64,000 bases of DNA from Eledone cirrhosa (GCA_964016885.1 OZ024760.1:35333640-35397639), one strand, 5' to 3'; shown: positions 13,425 through 26,978, counted from the first letter of the stretch. Notes: a model not told the origin generated them from the sequence alone. Numbers and translations: made by a program.

Positions 13425-14349
13425 AGCAAATTATAAATGTAAACATGTAAGTATGTTTTTGAAACGGTGCGCGCGTTTGAAACTTAGAAATTATAAGCCT
13501 TCACCGTATTTTAGACTAAAGAAATTTCTAGCTTGACAGTGGGGTTTATAACCCTCGGAGAAATGGAAAAAGATGAGTGTTGCCATACATGGGAGTCGAA
13601 CCCACATCTTTGGTTATCCATCATTTGGTTATCCATCGGGGTTTTCCCTAATCTGTGAACCTCACAAATCCCACTGTCATGCACTTAAGGTGCTGGCCAC
13701 CAGGCTTCCCTCCCCTGCTCGATCGGGCGGCTTGACAATCATCGCGGGGGGTAGGCCCTTCATCTTGGCATGTTTTCTTTTTTTCGTTTCTCATTTTTGA
13801 AACTTTATTTACATTTTCCGACACTTTCATAAACACTCATTTCATACACTTAAAAAAAAATACATTTCATATAGATTTTTTTTTCCGACTTTTCAGAAAA
13901 AATACGTTTCATATAGATTTTGACCAGCACCATCTGGTATGTTTTCTCTCGTCCTCTCAACCCCACATCGAGTTTTCTCTAATCTGTGAATCTCACAAAT
14001 CCCAGTGTCGAGGACTTATGGTGCTGGCCACCAGGTTCCCTTCCCAGCTCGATCGGCGAGCTTGACAATCATCGCGAGATAGATGTTTTTGGACACTTCA
14101 TACACATTCTTGGTTTCTTTTTAGACACCCCATTTAAATTCTTAGTTTCTTTTAAACAGTGGCATCTGGTTTTCCCTTATCTGTGAACCTCACTGTCGTG
14201 GACTTAAGGTGGTGGTTACCAGGCTTGCCTTCTCAGCTTGACAATTATCATGGGGGGGGGGGGGTTAGACCCTTACAGATGACCAGCCTTCTCGGTCATA
14301 TGCTAAAAAAATTAATGAAACCAATGTTTTTTAGTGTAAAAAAAAAATC

Positions 14350-16230
14350 TTTTTTAGATCTGTTCATTTTTTCCCATGTTTCATTATTTCATTTTTTCGA
14401 CTTTTTAATTTTTTAAGTTTTCATTGTTTAGGTTTTCATTTTTTTATTTTTTCATTTTTTCACTTTTTCGATTTTTGTCATTTTTCATTTTTCGATTTTT
14501 TGGATATTTCGAAAAAATGAAAAAAATAGGATTTTTCGAAAAAATGAAAAAATAAAAAGATTTTTCCATTCTTTCGATTTTCATTTTTTCATTTTTTCAA
14601 TTTTTATTTTTCGTTTTAATTTTTCCATCTTTTAGATGTTTTTCATTTTTTCGAAATTTTCATTTATTCATATTTTCATTTTCCAAGTTTCATTATTTTC
14701 GATTTTTTCATATTTTCCTTTTTTCCTTTTATCGTTTTTCTAATTTTTCATATTTTCGTTTTTTCATTTTTTCGATTTTTTCAATTTTTTTTTGATTTTT
14801 CCATCATTTCATTTTTGGATTTTTCAATATTTTCAATTTTTTTCGATTATTTCATTTTTTCGAATTTTTCATTTTTTCATTTTTTCAATTTTCTATTTTT
14901 CATTTTTTCGGTTCTTCAATTTTTTCGATTTTTTTCATTTTTAATTTTTTCGATTTTTCGATTTTTTCATTTCGATTTTTTCATATTTTCACTTTTTTCG
15001 ATTTTTTCATTTATTCACTCTTTCGTTTTCAACTTTTCGAATTTTCATTTTTTATTTTATTCATTGTTTAGAATTTTCATTTTTTTATTTTAACATTTTT
15101 TCATCTTTTTCGATTTTTTCATATTTTCCTTTTTTTCTTTTTTTTTTTTCTAATTTTTCATATTAGGTAACGGCACCCATAGGTAATGGAACCCTCCTAA
15201 CGTAGGTAATGGCATTTTTCATTTTTTCATTTTTTCGATTTTCATTTTTTCGATTTTTTCGTTTTTTCAATTTTTATCTTTCGTTTTAATTTTTCCATCT
15301 TTTAGATTTTTTACATTTTTTCTAAATTTTCATTTATTCATGTTTTCATTTTTTCCAAGTTTCATTTTTACATTTTTTCATTTTTTTTCGATTTTTTTCA
15401 TACTTTCCTTTTTTCCTTTTTTCGATTATTTCAATTCTTTGCGATTTTTTCATCATTTCATGTTTTGGATTTTTCAAAATGAAAATCGAAAAAGTGAACA
15501 AAATTAAAAAATCGAAATGGTTAAAAAAATGGAAAAATGAAAAAATCGAAAAATAGAAAAAATGAAATTATGAAAAAATGAAAAAATGAACAAATGAAAA
15601 AATGAAAAACTAAAAATATGAAAAAATGAAAATCGAAAAAATGAACGAAAAATTAAACAATGAAAAAGTGAAAAAATGTAAAATTAGAAAAATATCAAAA
15701 ACAATGAAAATATGAAAAAAATCGAAAAAATGAAAAAACAATGATAAAATCGAAAAATCGAAAAATTGTAAAAATGAAAATCTTAAAAAATCGAAAAAAT
15801 CGAAAAATCGAAAAAATTTAAAATGGGAAAAAATCGAAAAAAATTGAAAAACCGAAAAATCGAAAATTGAAAAAATGAAAAAATGAAAAATTCGCACAAA
15901 TGATACAATTGAAGAAAATTGAAACTATCGAAAAATCCAAGAAATGAAATGGTGTAAAAAATCGAAAAAAATTGAAAAAAATCGAAAAAATGAAAAAATG
16001 AAAGTATGAAAAATTAGAAAAACGTAAAAAAGTAAAAAAGGAAAATATGTAAAAAATCGAAAAAAATGAAAAAATGTAAGAATGAAAAAATCGAAAAAAT
16101 GAAACTTGGAAAAAATGAAAACATGAATAAATGAAAATTTAGAAAAAATGAAAAAAATCTAAAAGATGGAAAAATTAAAACGAAAAATAAAAATTGAAAA
16201 AATGAAAAAATGAAAAAATCGAAAAATCGA
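14350..16230. repeat. T-tract block switching to A-tract block at ~15475 (centre of foldback)
   Basis: TTTTTCGATTTTTTC units then GAAAAAATCGAAAAAA units; same repeat as 9579-10830. Confidence 0.9.
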
Positions 16231-17187
16231 ATATTAACATTTTTTTTAACATTTTTTATTAACATTTTTTATTAACATTTTTATTATTAACATTTTTTTT
16301 ATTAACATCACTGTTCAGGAAACTTGGACTTGTAAATACTTTCACAATCAAAACCTTCTTTCACTGGTTGCAGAAAACAACACAGCATATGACCGAGAAG
16401 GCTGGACATCTGTAAGAAAAATGAAATAAGAAAAACTATGAAAGTAATTTATGTACATTGTCAATAAAAAAAATTAAACTTTCTAAAATTCTTCCAGCTT
16501 TGTCTTTTACTATAATATATATAAATGCACATAGGGATATATATGTATATATGTATATATATTTAGATACTTAGAACTTTATAAAATTCTTTCAATTTAT
16601 TTCTTACAATATATATATGCGTATAAAAACATGTATAAATATTTACATGCGTACATATCAGTGGAGGTGTTGTAAACAAACAAACGTATAGTGTCACCGT
16701 AGCTAAACTATAGAGTGAAATTCCGTTATAAATTATATATGTACATATACAATAATACATGTATATATACAGAAACAAGAAAACCTGTTCCTACGTTGGG
16801 TTTATCATATTTCTTATTAAAGCTACTTATAGGATGTGGTCCGGAAGCCGCCAATACTTTGGCAGGTTGCCGCTAGAGAAGGTGTCGCAACTAAACCCCC
16901 CCCCCCCGTGATAATTGTCAAGCTGGGAAGGGAAGCCTGGTAACCAGCACCTTAAGTCCACGACAGTGAGGTTCACAGATGCCACTGTTTAAAAGAAACT
17001 AAGAATTTAAATGGAGTGTTTTAAAACATAATGTAAGTGAGGTGTCTAAAAAGAAACCAAGAATGTGTATGAAGTGTCCAAAAACATCTACCCTCGCGAT
17101 GATTGTCAAGCTCGCCGATCGAGCTGGGAAGGGAAACCTGGTGGCCGTTTCAAAAACATACTTAGATGTTTACATTTATAATTTGCT

Positions 17188-17238
<51 letters not shown>

Positions 17239-18159
17239 GTGTATATACAATATATCAGTGGAGGTGTTGTAAACAAACAAACGTATAGGTGTCACCGTAG
17301 CTAAACTATTGTTTAAATAATTATTCCTGACATTGTATATAAGTATATATTAGAAGTGTATATATATATACCTACAGCAGTGTATATAATATATCAGGAG
17401 TATATATATACCTACAGTAGTGTATATACAATATATCAGTGGAGGTGTTATAAACAAACAGACGTGGATGTGCCACCGTAGCTAAACTATTGTTTAAAAA
17501 ATTATTCCTGACATTGTATATAAGTGTATATGTATATATATACCTACAGTAGTGTATATATACCTATATAAGTGTATATAATATATCAGTAATATATATA
17601 TATATATATGCGTGTATATATATATTACTGACATCAGTGAAGGTGTTGTATATACAAACGTAGAGGTGTCACCGTAGCTAAACAATGGTTTAAATAATTA
17701 TTCCTGACATTGTATATAAGTGTATATGTATATATATACCTACAGTAGTGTATATATACCTATATAAGTGTATATAATATATCAGTAATATATATATATG
17801 GGTGTATATATATATTACTGACATCAGTGAAGGTGTTGTATATACAAACGTAGAGGTGTCACCGTAGCTAAACAATTTAAATAATGGTTTAAATAATTAT
17901 TCCTGACAAAATGGAGGGAAATAAAGAGAAAATGTTTCAATAAAACTCTTCAACATAAAATAAAACTTTACTTTACCTCCGGAAAAATGGTAAAATCCGA
18001 GTTTTTAATGTTTTTTATTCAGCTTAGAAAACATCGCCTTTTTCCAGTGGCCATTTTAGTTTTACTAAACAGAGTTACTTAAATTACGCATGCGCAAAAA
18101 ATCATGCACAAATGCGCATGCGCGGTATTTTTATTCATATATATATACACACTGGCTTA

Positions 18160-19069
18160 TCTACTTATATATATAACCAGCAATTTCTCTGTCTGTCTGT
18201 CCGACAGTGGAAACACGTGCTTAGAGAGAGAGTGAGAGTGAAAGAAAGAGACAGACTACGAGAGGGGGATAGACGCTAAAACACGTGCTATAGAAACATT
18301 ACCTTCCCCTCTCCACTGACTTTGGTCACTGAGGCCGAGGGAATCGCTGGTTGCTATAGAGACACCTTGCACAAGCCAGAAGTAACCAGTTCGAGGCGGT
18401 TCTGACTTGACACCATTTGAAGAAGGTTGCCATTGAATTTGTGGTTGTTGCTGCTGATAATAAGGACCATTTGAAGAAGGTTGCTGCTGATGAGGTAATT
18501 TATTAATCAGATTGCGCAGTTCCATAACCTACGTTTGATTTGGTCAATTTTTTTCTTCAATTTTTTTTGTTGTTTTTATTTTATTTCTTATTGAGAAAAT
18601 ATAAATAATAAAATAAGGTTAGAAATTTAAATACAATTAAATACGATTTAATTTCCATTTCCAGCAGCCAATGTCCAGTGTTCAATTTCATGAAAAAATT
18701 GGAAATAATTCAAAAAATTGAAGTTTAACTTTTGAACATTTGTTTTGACAATAAAAAAATATTTCCTTATTCACACCTAATGGTATGATTAAAATTTCAG
18801 TATATACACTATATTTGCTAGCAGAAAACCGCCCACCGGGTGATTTTCTGCTCGTCTACTTATATATATAACCAGCAATTTCTCTGTCTGTCTGTCCGAC
18901 AGTGGAAACACATGCGTAGAGAGAGAGAGAGTGAGAGTGAAAGAAAGAGACAGACTACGAGAGGGGGATAGCGGGAGGGAGAGAGAGTGAATAGACGCTA
19001 AAACACGTGCTACAGAAACATTACCTTCCCCTCTCCACTGACTTTGGTCACTGAGGCCGAGGGAATCGC
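18160..19069 (+). mobile_element. Non-autonomous Helitron-like element with head-to-tail partial duplicate (second unit from 18855)
   Basis: 5' TCTAC(TA)n then (CTGT)n microsatellite; 3' hairpin GCAGAAAA..TTTTCTGC ending CTCG (CTRR-like); first ~210 bp repeated. Confidence 0.6.
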
Positions 19070-22000
19070 GCTGAGCGCGTCATAATGACGTAATGCAGAC
19101 CGCGAGACATACAGACAGATATTATAAGGGCGCAACGTTATATCTATGTATCTATCTAAAAAGAAAGACTAAGAATTATATAGAGAGAACGCTAAATCGC
19201 CTAATGCGGTCCCTAGGGCATTGAAAATTTGAAATAATTTTTGCTCAAAACACTCACAGGACCATAAGTATTACATGTCTAAAGTTTGAAAACAATCGGT
19301 TGGATGGTTCTCAAGTTTTAGTGAGCTGACAGACAGACATTCTCTGTTTTAGATATATAGACTAGCAGAACCCCCCCCCCCGCGGGTTGTTTTCTGCTAG
19401 TCTATATATCTAAAATAGAGAATGTGTCTGTCTGACTCCCTAAAACTCGAGAACCACCCAACCGATTGTTTATAAACTTTACACATGCAATGGTCCTGTG
19501 AGTGTTTTGAGCAAAGGATATTTCAAATTTTCAATGCCTTAGGCGATTTAGCGATCTCTCTCTATAATTCTTAGTCTTTCTTTTTAGATAGATATATAAC
19601 AAAAACTGGGTTGTATTAATGTAACAGGAGACTCAGTTGTATGTACAATGTTTAATTAACAAGCTGAAGTTATGTAGAATAGTATAGTTGACATGTCCAT
19701 GAGTAGATGAAAGAATGAAGTAAAGTTATTTGTTACCGTTTTGAAGTTAGCTCGCAAGAGACCATGGGTTGCCAGGCGAACGTGCCTGGCCGAAGGGCCA
19801 GGCTTTTAGAAGAGAGTGAGATCGCCCTGACCTATCCCTTTTATAGGGTCCCAGGACGGAAGTGACAAAAAGGGTTCTGCCACCCCAACAGGAAGTAACT
19901 CCAGTTACTTCCTGTCTAGATAGCGGTGATGTGATTGTGACAAGGGAGGCAACTCTTGCTACATTACCCCCCGCCAGATTTTTAAAACATAAAAATCGAA
20001 TGAACCATGTATGAAGTAAGATGGCGAGCATGTTGTAACACCAAAGTCCAGGCATGAAAATTACGAAAAAAATAATGTTTGCAAAACAGCAAAATATAAG
20101 CATGCAAAAATTAATGATAGATGTCAAGGTAGCCAACCGCTCTTGGCCAGAGAACGACTGGACATCTATCTATCCATCACACAAAGATACAATGTAATCA
20201 AAAGAGCAAGGAAACGCGCTCGAACAGTTATTAAAGAAAAAAAAATTCAACTGTTCAAAAATAAAGTTCACAGGTGTGCAATCACATGACAGCAGGAAAG
20301 AAAGTGTCTCCTCCAGAGAATGGTACAACGTGAAATTCGGTGGGATTTTCTCACAGGAAGAGTGCTGCAAAAATAAATTCTCTGGCTTGTTCTGCTGGTT
20401 TTGGTTGTTGATGAAGCTGTGTTGTTGTTGTTGATGTTGTCTCGCGGAGTGAACGTATTCGATGTTGTTTAAATTCACAGTAAAAATTTTCCCAGAAAAA
20501 ATGAGTTGCGCAAAGTGCTAGAAATAACAGCCAAAGTTGATGGTCGATGTTGAGTATACCTGGAAGAGTCAAGAGGCCAGCGACCAAAGAAATAAGCATT
20601 CTGAATAAATGCGCAGTTTTCAACGGCAAATTTACGTGGTAAATTTTTTAACCGGCAAATAGGAGAATATAACTTAAGGCTGGAGAATCCTTGGCAAGAA
20701 ACATTATCTATGGCGTGTGTTATCTCAGTGAGTCGAGATGTGTGCTCCCCACAGGTGCCGAAACAAGGTTAAAGTCAAGTTGAAAAAAATATATTTTTAT
20801 TGCGCGAGAAAATGGCGCGAAAATGGTGCAACAGGTCGTTGGCAGCCATTTTGAAAAATTTGTGTGTGAACGTGATATGATGAAAAAGAAAGAAAGGCTT
20901 CACTTGGTATAACAAATATGGCGAGTTCAATTTTTTTGTGAGCGATGAAAAAAAACTTGGTGGAAAGAATAAGCAATAGTTGAGATTCAGCAAAAATAAA
21001 TGTTCGTGTTGAAATGTGTAAAAAAAACGAGAATTTCACATGTGCGTGCGTTCGTTTCTGTGTCTGCGTATTTTTCCTAGTTTGTTAATAAAGTTTGCTG
21101 TGTATTCGAAATGTTGGTCGACACATTCCAACGAAAATGGGGTACTGCTAATTAATTTTCTTTTGTCCATACTCACACAACACCAGAACCTGTTATTGTT
21201 TTCAGGGTCACCACTTATAACAAAAACTGGGTTGTATGAATGTAACAGGAGACCCAGTTGTATGTACAATGTTTAATTAACAAGTTGAAGTTATGTAGAA
21301 TAGTATAGTTGACATGTCCATGAGTAGATGAAAGAATGAAGTAAAGTTATTTGTTACCGTTTTGAAGTTAGCTCGCAAGAGACCATGTTAGGGTTGCCAG
21401 GCGAACGCGCCTGGCCGAAGTGCCAGGCTAGAGAGTGAGATTGCCCTGAGCTATCCCTTTTATAGGGTCCCAGGATGGAAGTGACAAAAAGGGTTCTGCC
21501 ACCCCAACGGGAAGTAACTCCAGCTACTTTCTGTCGAGAGAGCGTTGATGTGATTGTCACAACAAAGGAGGCAACTCTTGCTACAGATACATAGATATAA
21601 CGTCGTGCCCTTATATCTGTCTGGCTGTCTGCATTACGACATTATGACGTCGCTATATGTGTGTGTGTGTGTATATATAGTGTGTAACGTTTTTCGAAAT
21701 ATTTACTTCTGCGTTCACAGATTGATTTTTTTAGTTTCAGAAAGTGTGTATACAGTGTCGAAATGACTTAGTAAGTGTGTATATATATATGAATGTGTAG
21801 CTTTTTTAGTTTAAAAGAAAGCATGAGGGTTACTGAAAGTGTGTATATAATAAAATGTATGTGTATAGAGAGAAGGTTTAGTTTCTTAGATAGTATACAG
21901 CAAAGAAAATACATGAAGAAATAAATATCCAGAGTGATTTTCTTTCAAAAAACTGGAAGTTAATTGAAAAAAATGAGAAGAGTTCCATAAAGGGAGATAA

Positions 22001-22599
22001 CTCTAATCAAATTTACACTAAAAAATCAATTATTCTCGAGGTCCGGGACACAAGCCAGCCTGCGAAATAGTCCCAGCTACATAAGCCACGAAGACCTCGT
22101 AACGATTCGAACTTCAGACACATAGAATGGTCACGCCATACGTAAGTATAGCGACGAGGTCGGAATCGCTACGCGCATCGCCGCAATTCTACTAAGTAAA
22201 ATTAGTATACTTATAGGTAAAATTTTTTTTTTTTTTTTTAACAGAACGAAAGCAAGATAACACGCCTCAAAACATATTCCGTGTGTTACCTCACTCTCAT
22301 TCAGTTTCTATATATAAATTAATTTAGAAACTGCTAGTATTTTAGTACATATATTGCCGAACAATTAATGTTAAGTAAATATACATGTTTCTGTAATAAA
22401 AAATGTTGTTTATCACCGGGTTTCCTTGTTGTTAAATGTCTGAGTACAAGACTCGCCCTCGATAGGATGCCGGTCTATCGTAGGATTAACTACTGAGTGT
22501 ATTGGAGCAACATGAAATAAAGTCTTTTCTTTTAAAAGAACATTTGAGTGTGTTGGTTGCTAACTATACAGCAGATTCTCAAACAAGTCTAAATGGTCG

Positions 22600-23838
22600 T
22601 TTATTGTTAAAGCTCTTTCGTCACACATCTTTTATTCTTTTCCCAGGCACAAAACCAAACTGCATATCATCTAATTTGACTCTTTCTGTCACTTTCATAA
22701 CCTGATCCATCCTATAATTGCTCCTCTCCAGAGCCTTCCATTTACCTTTGTAGCAATTAAGAATACTGCTGCACCAGTCTTTGGGTATGACTCTGCCAAA
22801 TATAGCTTGATTGACGATGCGTGCCTACTTCTCCTGATGCCTTCAACATCTCAGCAACTATCCCCCGACGGTCCAGCGGCCTTACCACTTTTCATTTCCT
22901 TAATTGCTTCTTTAACCCTATAGTCTTCAACCTCAATAGCCAGCCCCTCTGTCAGGTCTACTGGGGCTAGTTTCTCACTCTCCCATTCTCAACACCCATC
23001 AGTCTCTCATAATGACATTTCCAGGCTTTCTTTTTCTGAGCATCAGTGAACCAGGATCATTTCGGACACACTAATCTCCAACAACATCCTGATTTACACT
23101 GCCTTGCAGAACATTGGCAAACCTCCTTCTCTCAGCTTCCCTGCATGCTAAGTATACCTGATGTCTAGCCTCTCTTTTAGCGGCTGAGTATTGGTCTCTA
23201 CTCCCACCATTTTTCCATGCTTGTCTTTAATGGCACTATCGACTGTTCTGTACCACCACTAAGTCACCCTCTGTCTGGTTGGGGTTTGCTCCAGCCACAA
23301 GTCTCTTCAGTTGCATGCAGTAGGTTGTTGCCGAAGAACTTCCAGTTATCTTCTATATCATACAATTCTAATTCGTCTTCTTTCTCGTCATACACATCTT
23401 GTAGGGCTTTCCTAAACTTATATTTAAGTGAAAGGTCTTTTAGCTTCCAGACTTTCCTGTGTCTCAATGTCTCTTGCTTATTGAGATGTCGCTAACAACT
23501 AACCTATGTTGGGGGGGGGGGGGGGGGGGTACATTCTTCCCCAGGGTATACCTTAGTATTCGTAACCTTCTGTCTGTCTCGTCTAACTAGCAGGAATTCA
23601 ATCTGGCTTATGTGCTCGCCTGATTGGCAGGTTTTCTGACTTAGTATTGCAAATGGTTAGTTCACTTGCATCACAAAACTCAAGAAGACTCACTCCTTCA
23701 TTTCTTGAGCCATAACCACCATATACCTCAGTGTATCCATCCTGGAGCTGTCCAACATAACCATTGAAGTCACCTGCTAGTATGACTAGGTCTCTGTCTT
23801 CTGTCACTATGGTTGTCTCTTGAAGTTGCTTGTAAAAG
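22600..23838 (-). mobile_element. Degraded RTE-like LINE, APE endonuclease to pre-RT region
   Basis: LVILAGDFNGYVG (APE motif) in ORF 23598-23912; KEMKSGKAAGPSG at ~22870-22905; frameshifts. Confidence 0.75.
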
Positions 23839-24640
23839 GCGCATACAATAGTCCACTGCGATAAAAAGATAGGGAGCCAATGCATCTCCCTGGACTCCAG
23901 CCAGTATCTCAAAAGACTGTCATCCCATCAGGTGTAATGACTTGGGCTTTGGTGTTGGTGTAGAGCAGTAATATCAGGTCCACTATCTTCTTGGGGATTC
24001 CATAAGCCTGTAAGATCATCAGGTAGTGACAGTCCACAGAATCAAAGGCCTTCTTCTCTGCCACTGCATTGGTGAGAAAACATTAAGAAACCAGAGATTA
24101 TAAATGTAGGCAGGAAGCAGCTAGAGTTGGTTGAGGACTTCCTGTATCTGGGAGCAAAGATTCGGAACATAGAAGATGATGTGGTTGAGAGGCAAAGCGC
24201 ATGCCACAGTTTGAGATCGGTGTGGAAGTCGGACCTTCATAAGGACCTGAAGATCTGTCTCTTTGTTACTACAGTGGAGTCTGTGCTACTGTACAGGTTT
24301 GAGACTTGGACACTGACCAAGAGACACTCAGATGGTGGATGGGTGCTACACGAGAATGCTGAGGATGAAGAACTGAGAGCTATACAGAGGCCTCCCAAAA
24401 GTCAGCTTGAAAATAACAGAGGAGACTGAGGTTAGCTGGCCATGCTCACCAACATTCAGAGTTGACACTGTACTCAGTACTCCTGTGGGAGACCCTACAC
24501 GGACACACTAGAAGAGAGAAACCGAGCATGACATATATTGATGCCCTAAGGTCTGATGCCCTGGTCTCTGGCAGATGCAGGACATGGCAGCAATGATGAA
24601 GGACAAAGACCACTGGAGAGAACTCGTCCATGGATCTCAG
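23839..24640. mobile_element. Second LINE remnant with 5' inversion: RT core on minus (23839-24056), RT C-terminal part on plus (~24060-24640)
   Basis: Minus strand translates KKAFDSVD..AYGIP..QGDALAPYLF; plus strand LELVEDFLYLG..VESVLLY..ETWTLTK. Confidence 0.75.
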
Positions 24641-24730
24641 GAATTTCACCCGCTCTAGATGTGGATGTAGATATATATACTAGTAAGACCATTGTGCAAC
24701 AGAGTACTTGATACTTGGGATAGTAAGCGC

Positions 24731-24770
<40 letters not shown>

Positions 24771-26769
24771 TCATATATAAAATTGTGTGTACTGTTACCA
24801 ACTCCAAACGTATGTTCATGTGCAAATGTGAGACAAAAGATGTGCCCTCTAATGAGTTGATTGGGTGTTTTGGGGATGTCATCCTTATGTGCCCACCCAA
24901 CTCCAGCTTTTTGAGGATGAGATGGAAAAAGTTTAGAGAAATGCAACCACTGTTGACAACAAAAGGATGCATATATGCAAGAAATGAAGCTGCGATGCTT
25001 CGTTGGGTGTGAGAAGATAGTAAAATGGTTCAATTCAATATGGAAAGATGGCTGATCTAAGGTTTATAGAGATAACAGAATGTATCTGTAGAGTTATATT
25101 TAGTATATATATAAAGTTTGTTGTAAGTTTATCAACAAGCTTCCTTGTTCCATGTCTCAGAGAACAAGACTCTCCCTGGATAGGAAGCCAGTCAATCACA
25201 GGATTGACTTCCTAACTACTGAGTGTATACATGAAATAAAGTATTTTCTTTTAAAAGAACACTTGAGCGCGTTGGCTGTTAACTGCACAGAAACAAGTAT
25301 ACAGCAGATTTCTTCCAGAGAAGAATAGGATAGAGGGTGAGAAAGAGATATAGGGGAAGAATTGTCCCCAGTACTAGACTGGTACTTTTTTTATCGACCT
25401 CAAATGGATGAAAGGCAATTTGCCACCTTAAGGGAGTTATAAGCCAGCCAAATATTTGTCTCTTGCACGTTCTAAAGCAAAGGACACTTATGACAATGAA
25501 GTCTTAGATACTCATATAAACACAGGATGGTCACAGTGTTTTAAAAGTCTATATTTGAGGTTATGACATTGTCAGGGATCTCCATAGAGCTAACATTCTG
25601 GACAGGAATGATCAAAGGGTACTGATTTTACCACAACTGAAGCCATGTTTAAACATATTTTCAATGGGTCAAGCCAGATAAACAGGTGGAAACCAATAAG
25701 TATATATATATATACACACATAGTAGTTAGAAGAACCTGACAACAGAAGCCAACCTGGAGGAGACAAGCATGGAAGTTAAAAGACCCATCAAACATTAAC
25801 AAATTTAAAAGTATGTTGACCAACACCTCCGACAGCAAGGAAGAGCGAATAGAGACATACGGTAACAAATGAAATAGGTGGTTGGAGTAGGTCTAAGGAG
25901 ACGGAGAAGACCTGCAAAAAATGTCACATATCAAGCAATGTCTGTGCTTCAAGATTTTTTAAGTGAGGAAATACTTTGCACAGAGCCAATCCCACTCTCT
26001 GAACACAATGCATTTTCCCCAAAAAAAAGAACTGGTCCACACCATTGGATGCAAACAAAGTCACAGGTTTTATATCGGAGTGACCTTCTCCTAGAGAGAT
26101 GTCTTAATGAAAACTAGGAATCTCCCTCTCCACAAAAAAATATTTTATTGAATGGCCTTTGAAAGGTTTTATTTTTCATCCCACAGGTGTCCAAAATCAC
26201 CCTCCTCAACAAACAAGCTTGGTGGGAATGCCGGTTTAGTTGCCGACGACCCGACCATGGACAAGTTGTACTGGGTTACATGTTACTAGTAGCACTGAAG
26301 AGCGACCTGACATATATATATTCATAACACATGATAGCGTGGAAGATGGACGTTAAACGATGATGATGATAATCATTATGATCATCATCATTTTACGACT
26401 GCTTCTCCCTGGTGGGATGCGTCCGCTTCAGCGATCTGAGGTCAGCTCTCACCACCTCCGCCCATGTTTTTATGGTCTTCCCCTATATATATGATATACA
26501 TATATTGTGTGGTGTCCTTGAGCAAAACACTTTATTTCTTGTTGCTCCAGTTCACTCAGCTATAGAAATGAGTTGCAACGTCACTGGTGCCAAGCTGTAT
26601 CAGCCATTGCCTTTCCCTTGGACAACAATGGTGGCATGAAAAGGGAAGACTGGTATGCATGGGTAACTGCTGGTCTTCCACAAACAAACCTTACCAAGGC
26701 TTGTGCCTCGGAGGGGAACTTTCTAGGATGCAAAACCATGGTCATTACTGACCTTTATGTTTATGTATG

Positions 26770-26801
<32 letters not shown>

Positions 26802-26952
26802 GGCCTTTCCCCACTTAAAAAACCTTCAAAGCACGGGCATTGCTTGTTCGAGATATGTTACAGGTTCGTGTAGCTGGCCGTAAGCTAAAAGTGCACCAAA
26901 TTCTATTATCTGACAAGCAATTGCAATACTCTTAGCAGAGTTTGCAGCCATC

Positions 26953-26978
26953 ATATATATACAAATATACATATACAT

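Larger units (their letters stand above)
10831..20912. repeat. ~10-kb imperfect inverted repeat (foldback); outer arms 10831-~12450 and ~19290-20912 nearly identical
   Basis: Identical ORFs on opposite strands (11114-11392/20351-20629; 11265-11573/20170-20478; 11607-11996/19747-20136; coordinate sum 31743); inner blocks also mirrored. Confidence 0.93.

Noticed and set aside
9841-16265. Phe/Ile-rich membrane-protein-like ORFs
   Set aside because: Translations of T-tract repeats
18256-18525. Gln-rich 89-aa ORF
   Set aside because: Lies inside a Helitron-like unit, contains a short internal repeat, has no recognisable domain; at most a captured fragment
22130-22150. U1 snRNA (ATACTTAC on minus strand)
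   Set aside because: Match stops after 8 nt; no U1 stem-loops or Sm site
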